From Candidatus Electronema aureum (GTDB lineage Bacteria; Desulfobacterota; Desulfobulbia; Desulfobulbales; Desulfobulbaceae), in assembly GCA_004284765.1 (NCBI GenBank), contig NQJD01000024.1, forward strand, positions 4,456 through 36,455: a DNA stretch of 32,000 bases. Reading direction: 5' to 3'. The position numbers and the translations under genes were made by a program. This document shows positions 1 to 5,061 of this stretch, piece after piece. Below the pieces are notes generated by a model. It had not been told where the DNA came from. It ran no database searches and saw only the letters and a program-made list of their open reading frames with translations. The stretch's first letter is position 1, and every line of letters starts with the position of its first letter.

Positions 1-526
1 CTGACCAGTCGAGGATGGCGGTGCAGAGCGCGCCTGACTGTGAGACCAAGGCGATGTTGCCCGGATTGGCCCCGCCCTTGTTGAAGGTGCAGTTGAGGCC
101 GGTCTCAGGCCGCATGATGCCGAGGCAGTTCGGCCCGACAAAGCGCAGCCCGTGGCGGCGGGCGGTCTCTAAAACTGCCTGCTCCAGCTTCAGGCCCTGC
201 GGCCCCACCTCGCGGAAGCCTGCCGAGATGATCACTGCCGAGCGGATGCCGTAGTTGCCGCAGGCTTCGATGATCCCTGGCACGGTCGCTGCTGGCGTGG
301 TGATCACCGCCAAGTCCACTGGCTGGCCGATGCTCTTCAGGTCAGGATACGCCTTGCGGCCCTGCACCTCGTCGCGCTTGGGGTTGATCGGATAGACCTC
401 GCCCTTGAAGCCGCCCTCGATCATGTTCTTGAAGACCAGATTGCCGACCGCGCATTCACGGTCACTGGCCCCAAATACGGCCACAGACTTCGGTTCAAAC
501 AGCGTGCTGAGATAGTGTTTGCTCAT
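1..526 (-). CDS. ADP-forming acetyl/acyl-CoA synthetase or Pat-like protein. Only the N-terminal CoA-binding part is present; the gene runs off the window start.
   Basis: This ORF is absent from the track because it has no stop in the window. My minus-strand translation from ATG 526-524 reads MSKHYLSTLFEPKSVAVFGASDRECAVGNLVFKNMIEGGFKGEVYPINPKRDEVQGRKAYPDLKSIGQPVDLAVITTPAATVPGIIEACGNYGIRSAVIISAGFREVGPQG...FVGPNCLGIM...VSQSGALCTAILDW. This is the typical CoA-binding / succinyl-CoA-ligase-like N-terminus, similar to what I recall of E. coli Pat/YfiQ. Confidence 0.75.
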   Translation of the reverse strand, partial: MSKHYLSTLFEPKSVAVFGASDRECAVGNLVFKNMIEGGFKGEVYPINPKRDEVQGRKAYPDLKSIGQPVDLAVITTPAATVPGIIEACGNYGIRSAVIISAGFREVGPQGLKLEQAVLETARRHGLRFVGPNCLGIMRPETGLNCTFNKGGANPGNIALVSQSGALCTAILDWS

Positions 527-783
527 GAGAGTTTTGTTGTCAGAGGGAAGGGCTGTAGGAGCTGCCATCGCGCTTCGATGGTGTCTGCGGACAAATCGGC
601 ACCGCAGGCCCATTCAATAAAGTACGTTCCATTGTGAATCTGCCTGAATGCAGCCCAGTCGTTCAAGTCAGCGAAAGCCTCATCCTGAAGGTACGGAGAA
701 ACGTCAAACATGCCAATGCGCCCATCATCGGCAACAATCCGCAGCGTGTGGTCAGGACAGGAGCAGACATCTTTGATTGTCAT
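523..783 (-). CDS. DUF2442-family small protein
   Basis: 86 aa. The pattern LRIVADDGRIGMFDVSPYL...F..L.D...F.Q....GTYFIEWACGADLSADTI matches the DUF2442 family as I remember it. Its stop overlaps the start of the downstream gene (ATGA at 523-526). Confidence 0.7.
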   Translation of the reverse strand: MTIKDVCSCPDHTLRIVADDGRIGMFDVSPYLQDEAFADLNDWAAFRQIHNGTYFIEWACGADLSADTIEARWQLLQPFPLTTKLS

Positions 784-833
784 TGATCAAGCCCTTTGAT
801 GGGGAATGGCTTCTTGCCGTTCACCGCTAATTC

Positions 834-1043
834 CTAATCTGCCAGCAAGTCCTCTTGGTGTATCTCGATCCAAGCGATGACCAGCTTGTGTTTGCCTGCT
901 GGCACCAGCAGCGTTCCGTCAGGGATTGAATACACGGCAACCTGTCCCTGATATTCTGCGTGAATATGCGGCATGTGATGCTTTTCCACATCACGGAAGA
1001 ACATCCTGATCAAAATGCCGTAGAAGAGTGAAATGGTCGGCAT
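834..1043 (-). CDS. DUF4160-family small protein
   Basis: 69 aa. MPTISLFYGILIRMFFRDVEKHHMPHIHAEYQGQVAVYSIPDG...AWIEIHQEDLLAD carries the classic DUF4160 signature (MPTIS.FYGI......H..PHIHA.Y). It lies upstream of its usual DUF2442 partner. Confidence 0.75.
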   Translation of the reverse strand: MPTISLFYGILIRMFFRDVEKHHMPHIHAEYQGQVAVYSIPDGTLLVPAGKHKLVIAWIEIHQEDLLAD

Positions 1044-1084
1044 GGTGTTGTAGTCAGAAAGGGAGGGGGTAATAAAGGGAGGGC

Positions 1085-1112
1085 GTAAGGGCGAAAGATG
1101 TTTCGCCCTTAC
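1085..1112 (-). terminator. Strong hairpin 9 nt downstream of the stop of CDS 1122-2198
   Basis: gtaagggcgaaa-gatg-tttcgcccttac forms a perfect 12-bp stem with a 4-nt loop. There is no clean U-tract after it, so function as a terminator is inferred from position only. Confidence 0.45.
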
Positions 1113-1121
1113 ACCTGTCTA

Positions 1122-2198
1122 TCAACTTCCTACGCTGACATCGAGCACATCCACCACCCGCCCGCCATACTCATTCCGCAGCATCTCCTTCAGTCCGGCG
1201 TAATTGTTCACGCGGATGGTCAGGTTCGTCACAGCCGAGCCAGCAAAGCCTTGCAGGGTGACTGCGCCATTGGCGGTGACGCTCACCGCCGCGCCTGTCT
1301 TACCGCCTTCCTGCATGTCGAGCAGGCTGAAGAGCAGCGCGTCGGCCCGCAGATCAAGAAGCACCTGAATGCGCAGGGTTTCATTGGCCGACACGCTGCC
1401 GCCGGTGACGCTGACATGCGGGCTGGTCTCTTTGCCGGTAAGGATGCCGACTTCCGGCGGATTGGGATGGCCCATCTTGGTCAAGGTTAGCGGGCTGCGC
1501 AGCCGCCGTTTGTAGATGCCGGTGCGCAGGGTGCCGTGCTTGGTGTAGCGGGTGGTGATGGAAAGCTGGTACTCGTTGTTCCACGGATCGGGCTGGCTCG
1601 GCACATCAGGCATGAGGACGATCTCGGTGTTGGCGATGGTGCCAACGCGGCTCTGCACCGCGCTGCCGCTGCGGGTGCCCTCAATCAGGCAGTGCGAGCC
1701 GCTGTCCTTGCGGTCAAAGAGGAGATTGCTGCCCGTGATGCGGAGCATTCCGTCCGGGCGCAGCACATCGCGCAGGCCCAGCACGGCATCTTCTGCGGCG
1801 GTGATGACCGGCAGCTTCTCCGCCGTAGGCAGCCGCTCGATGCGCGCGTTCTGGCGCAGGCGTTCAAGAAAGCTCTGCGAGACACGGACGCTGACTTGCA
1901 GGCATTCGTCCAAAGGCGGCAGCGGGTCGTCCGCGTTGTCCAATCTGCCGGTGAAGGTGAGATACCAGCTGAAGCTGCCGTGTTTCGTCACCTGCTCGCC
2001 GTTGAGCAGCCGCTCCAGAACAGCCTCGTCTTCGGCATGGAGGATGGTCTCCACCGCTTCCGTGCTGAAGTTGGGCTGGCTGCGGCTGATATCTGCGGCA
2101 ATGTCCTGCTCGTCCGCCGTGTTGCGGGGCACAAAGCGGAGGATGTAGGACTCAGGCGTGGTCAGTGAGTTGGGTTCCGGCTTGCATTGAATGCTCAT
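1122..2198 (-). CDS. Hypothetical protein, tentatively an HU-like (HU-CCDC81-type) N-terminal domain plus DUF4469-like Ig-fold region
   Basis: 358-aa ORF with GC-rich third codon positions. The N-terminal part (YILRFVPRNTADEQDIAADISR...STEAVETILHAEDEAVLERLLNGEQVTKHGSFSWYLTFTGRL) and the later LRITGSNLLFD motif resemble HU-like/DUF4469 proteins as I recall them from Bacteroidota. The family call is from memory only. Confidence 0.55.
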   Translation of the reverse strand: MSIQCKPEPNSLTTPESYILRFVPRNTADEQDIAADISRSQPNFSTEAVETILHAEDEAVLERLLNGEQVTKHGSFSWYLTFTGRLDNADDPLPPLDECLQVSVRVSQSFLERLRQNARIERLPTAEKLPVITAAEDAVLGLRDVLRPDGMLRITGSNLLFDRKDSGSHCLIEGTRSGSAVQSRVGTIANTEIVLMPDVPSQPDPWNNEYQLSITTRYTKHGTLRTGIYKRRLRSPLTLTKMGHPNPPEVGILTGKETSPHVSVTGGSVSANETLRIQVLLDLRADALLFSLLDMQEGGKTGAAVSVTANGAVTLQGFAGSAVTNLTIRVNNYAGLKEMLRNEYGGRVVDVLDVSVGS

Positions 2199-2313
2199 AT
2201 CTGCCTCTTCGCATCGTAAGGATTTGAGAATACTGCGCAGAACTGCGACAGCTCATCCTAAGAAGCCCGCCCGCTTCTGTCAAACATTCTTTGCCTCTGA
2301 ACATGCGCCTCGG

Positions 2314-2351
2314 CATACAGAGCGTATGCGGAAGCGCATACGCAGCGTATG
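2314..2351. promoter_or_regulatory. Nested palindrome cluster with four CATAC/GTATG half-sites; candidate operator or structured element
   Basis: The sequence is catac-agagc-gtatgcg-gaag-cgcatac-gcagc-gtatg. The central part, gcgtatgcg-gaag-cgcatacgc, is a 9-bp inverted repeat. It lies between the higA stop (2415) and the start of CDS 1122-2198. Confidence 0.3.
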
Positions 2352-2414
2352 AGTAGGGGCATGTTTTTCGTAAAGCCTTCCTCTGTCTGGAGAGAACAGG
2401 TGCCTGTGAGGTTG

Positions 2415-2723
2415 CTACCGGGCTGCTTGAGCGGAATGCACTTTCACTTCCTTGTCAAGGCGCGCGCCGAGTTTGCTGCGGGCCTTTTTCATATTGTATC
2501 TGGCTTGAAGATTGATCCAGAACTCAGGCTCGATGCTGAAATACCTGCCGAGACGCAAGGCAGTGTCAGCACTTATCTCCTTTGTGCCGCTGATGATCTG
2601 GCTGATTCTGCTCAAAGGGACATTGATGTCCTCGGCCAGCTTGTCTTGAGAGATGTTCAGCGGCTTCATGAATTCTTCCAGCAGGACATCTCCGGGGGTG
2701 ACTGGTGCCAACTTTTCTGCCAT
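2415..2723 (-). CDS. higA: HigA-family antitoxin (XRE-type helix-turn-helix)
   Basis: 102 aa. VTPGDVLLEEFMKPLNISQDKLAEDINVPLSRISQIISGTKEISADTALRLGRYFSIEPEFWINLQARY is the canonical HigA antidote pattern. The SD sequence TAGGAGGT overlaps the higB stop. Confidence 0.88.
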   Translation of the reverse strand: MAEKLAPVTPGDVLLEEFMKPLNISQDKLAEDINVPLSRISQIISGTKEISADTALRLGRYFSIEPEFWINLQARYNMKKARSKLGARLDKEVKVHSAQAAR

Positions 2724-2734
2724 TGCAAGACCTC

Positions 2735-3013
2735 CTAATGGTAATCAACAATCTCGACCGAATGAGCGCAGCCATCCTGCCAGACAAAGCAGATGCGCCA
2801 TTGATCGTTGATTCTGATGCTGTGCTGACCAGCCCTGTCTCCTTTCAGGCCCTCAAGTCTGTTACCGGGCGGAATATTCAGGCTGTTCAGCGAGACAGCG
2901 GCGTTGAGCAGCTCCAGCTTAATCCGCGCCGACTTAGAGATGGCTTTGAACCGCTTCACGCTGATGTCGTTGAAGAGCTTTTCAGTGTCTTTGCAGCGGA
3001 AACTGATGATCAT
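2735..3013 (-). CDS. higB: HigB toxin (RelE/ParE superfamily, plasmid-maintenance killer type)
   Basis: 92 aa. MIISFRCKDTEKLF...PPGNRLEGLKGDRAGQHSIRINDQWRICFVWQDG.A..VEIVDYH matches HigB family hallmarks. The toxin-first gene order is typical of higBA. Confidence 0.88.
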   Translation of the reverse strand: MIISFRCKDTEKLFNDISVKRFKAISKSARIKLELLNAAVSLNSLNIPPGNRLEGLKGDRAGQHSIRINDQWRICFVWQDGCAHSVEIVDYH

Positions 3014-3066
3014 CTGATCATGATATGCAACGTTGCGCGATGCGTCAACAGTGCAGAGAGGTGCCC

Positions 3067-4080
3067 CTACTTGCGCCGCAGTATGGCACGAATGTCTGCT
3101 AATGCCTCGCGGTATTCCTCCAGCAAGGGATAACTAATCTCCTCGGCAAGCTGCACAGCCCGGCTCATGTACGCTTCCGCCTGCCTCAGGTCGCCCTGCT
3201 TTATGTATGCACGGCTAACATTCCAGCTCATCATTGCTTCTCCTACCTTGTTGCCAATCTCTTGGCTGCTGCGCAGGGTTTCTATGTTGATGTGCAGGCA
3301 AAAGTTGTTCAGCATCATGCCTTCATCCTTACCAATCTCATGAAAGAGGATACGGCACTGCTCATACAGAGGCAAAGCTTTGTCATAGTCGCCCATTGCC
3401 AGATAAATCTCAGCGATGTTGTTCAGTATAATGCCTTCCCCTTCCTTGTCGCTGAACTCTTGTTCAATAGCCAAGCTCTGCTCATACAGAGACAATGCCT
3501 CCGTGTACTTGTCAACGCGGTGCAGGTCATAGGCTGCCTCATGCAGGTACAGCGAGCGTTCCCTCTTGCTCTCCTCCGGCAGCAGGGCAGCGGCCTTCTG
3601 CCAGTAGGCAGCGGCCTTGGCGTGGTGCCACTGGAGGCGTTGCAGGCGGGCGTTGTCCGCATGGGCCTCCGCCGCAGCCATGCTGTGCTGGCGGGCAACA
3701 TCCTCCAGCAGTGCCTCGGCTTGGGCGTAGTCGCCGCGCTCAATGGCCTGTTTGGCCGCTTGGTTGTCGCCCACGCGGGCAAGCAGTTCCTTGTACTGCC
3801 CGGCTATCTCCCGCAGCTTGCTGTCCAGATCGCTGTGCGGCACCTGCTGCTCCTCCAGTATCTTGAAGAAGCTGGCAAGGGCGGAGTCCGTGACCGCGAG
3901 CTTGCCTGCGTACTCAGCGAAGAGCGCAGGAGGGATGCCGTTCACCGTGACATTGCCGGTGCCGGAGAAGATGTTACCATCTCCGCGCACCGTCTGCGTG
4001 ACGTTCTCCTGTTTGCCGATGGCGTGGTCGCCTTGGCCGACGTTCTGCTCGCCGCCGCTGCTGTTGAAGTGGTTGGTCAT
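3067..4080 (-). CDS. TPR-repeat protein with a Gly/Asn/Val/Gln-rich N-terminal segment
   Basis: I trimmed the track ORF 3067-4152 to the ATG at 4080 (MTNHFNSS...), which is preceded by GGGGGAG. The upstream extension is occupied by a GC-rich inverted repeat. The C-terminal two-thirds shows TPR-like A..Y...L.I repeats (ALSLYEQSLAIEQE, ALPLYEQCRILFHE, AEAYMSRAVQLAEE). Confidence 0.7.
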   Translation of the reverse strand: MTNHFNSSGGEQNVGQGDHAIGKQENVTQTVRGDGNIFSGTGNVTVNGIPPALFAEYAGKLAVTDSALASFFKILEEQQVPHSDLDSKLREIAGQYKELLARVGDNQAAKQAIERGDYAQAEALLEDVARQHSMAAAEAHADNARLQRLQWHHAKAAAYWQKAAALLPEESKRERSLYLHEAAYDLHRVDKYTEALSLYEQSLAIEQEFSDKEGEGIILNNIAEIYLAMGDYDKALPLYEQCRILFHEIGKDEGMMLNNFCLHINIETLRSSQEIGNKVGEAMMSWNVSRAYIKQGDLRQAEAYMSRAVQLAEEISYPLLEEYREALADIRAILRRK

Positions 4081-4093
4081 GTCTCCCCCGGTT

Positions 4094-4168
4094 GTAGGGG
4101 CGGCCCCCTGTGGCCGCCCTGTTCGGCGCATCGGACACCGCTGGGCAGGCACGGGGGCCTGCCCCTAC
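4094..4168. repeat. Inverted pair of about 26-nt GC-rich palindromic (REP-like) elements
   Basis: Copy 1 is at 4094-4119 (gtaggggcggccccctgtggccgccc). Copy 2 is at 4143-4168; its reverse complement reads gtaggggcaggcccccgtgcctgccc. Each copy contains its own 8-bp stem with a 6-nt loop. The pair lies in the intergenic region between ppnP and the TPR gene. Confidence 0.6.
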
Positions 4169-4199
4169 CGAATCACCTACCGCCCCTTGCCGTGTGCCT

Positions 4200-4517
4200 T
4201 CACTCTGCCAAGAACGAGCAGCAGTAATCCGTCACCGTCTTGACCTGCATCTTGAATTTCGACTTCGCAGGCACCTCGAACGCCTCGCCTCCCTTTACCG
4301 CCTGCCAGCCAGAATTCTGCGGCAGCAGCACGTCCAGCTCGCCGGAGTGTATCTCCATCAGCTCCTTGGCATCCGTGTTGAACTCGTACTCGCCGGGCAG
4401 CATGATGCCCAGTGTCTTCTTGGAGCCGTCGGCAAAGACGACCGTGCGGCTGGTCACTTTGCCGTCAAAGTAGATGTTCGCCTTGTGCAAGACGGTCACA
4501 TTGCTGAATGCAGACAT
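4200..4517 (-). CDS. ppnP: Pyrimidine/purine nucleoside phosphorylase PpnP (DUF1255/YaiE family)
   Basis: 105 aa. ANIYFDGKVTSRTV...G.MLPGEYEFNT...E.MEI.SGELDVLLP....WQ....G..F.VP..S.F...V....Y.C is collinear with E. coli PpnP as I recall it. Confidence 0.85.
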   Translation of the reverse strand: MSAFSNVTVLHKANIYFDGKVTSRTVVFADGSKKTLGIMLPGEYEFNTDAKELMEIHSGELDVLLPQNSGWQAVKGGEAFEVPAKSKFKMQVKTVTDYCCSFLAE

Positions 4518-4567
4518 GGCAATCGTATCCTGTATGAAGAGTAGTGAAAGAGGAAGACAGAGAAGAT

Positions 4568-5059
4568 TCAGGCCGCCTTCTGCTGTCTTGTATCAGCCCG
4601 CTGCTCCAGATACTGGATCAGCAGGAACAGGCCCACGCCAACCGTGATGCCGGAGTCAGCGACGTTGAACGCGGGCCAGTGATGCTCCTTGATGTGGAAG
4701 TCAAGGAAGTCAATCACCGAGCCTTGTTTCAGCCGGTCAATCACGTTGCCGACCGCGCCGCCGCTGATCAGACCGAAGCTGACCGCGTAGAGAGGGTTTT
4801 GCTGGCCAAGCCTGCGCTGCATAAGCACCATTACGATCAGCGCGGTGCTGGCCACACCGACGAAGAAGACCTGCCGCCAGAGCAGGGGCATGTTGGAGAG
4901 CATCCCGAAGGCCGCGCCGGTGTTGTGCACCAGCACAAGGTTGAAGAAGCCGGGGATGACCGGCATCGAGTCGTGCAGGGCGAAGTTCTCGACAATCCAG
5001 AGCTTGGTCAGCTGGTCGCTGATCACGACCAGCAGCATAATGAGCAAAAACCGGAGCAT
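4568..5059 (-). CDS. lspA: Lipoprotein signal peptidase (signal peptidase II)
   Basis: I trimmed the track ORF to the ATG at 5059 (MLRFLLIMLLVVISDQLTK...), 2 nt after the ileS stop. Conserved LspA blocks are present (NTGAAFG, GGAVGNVIDR, VIDFLDF, WPAFNVADS). The ileS-lspA synteny is classical. Confidence 0.92.
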   Translation of the reverse strand: MLRFLLIMLLVVISDQLTKLWIVENFALHDSMPVIPGFFNLVLVHNTGAAFGMLSNMPLLWRQVFFVGVASTALIVMVLMQRRLGQQNPLYAVSFGLISGGAVGNVIDRLKQGSVIDFLDFHIKEHHWPAFNVADSGITVGVGLFLLIQYLEQRADTRQQKAA

Positions 5060-5061
5060 AA

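Noticed and set aside
3262-4243. Plus-strand ORFs 3262-4227 (321 aa), 3743-4243 and 4110-4544
   Set aside because: They are antisense to the TPR gene and ppnP or run across intergenic repeats. They have no SD sequence, and their composition is that of an antisense artefact.
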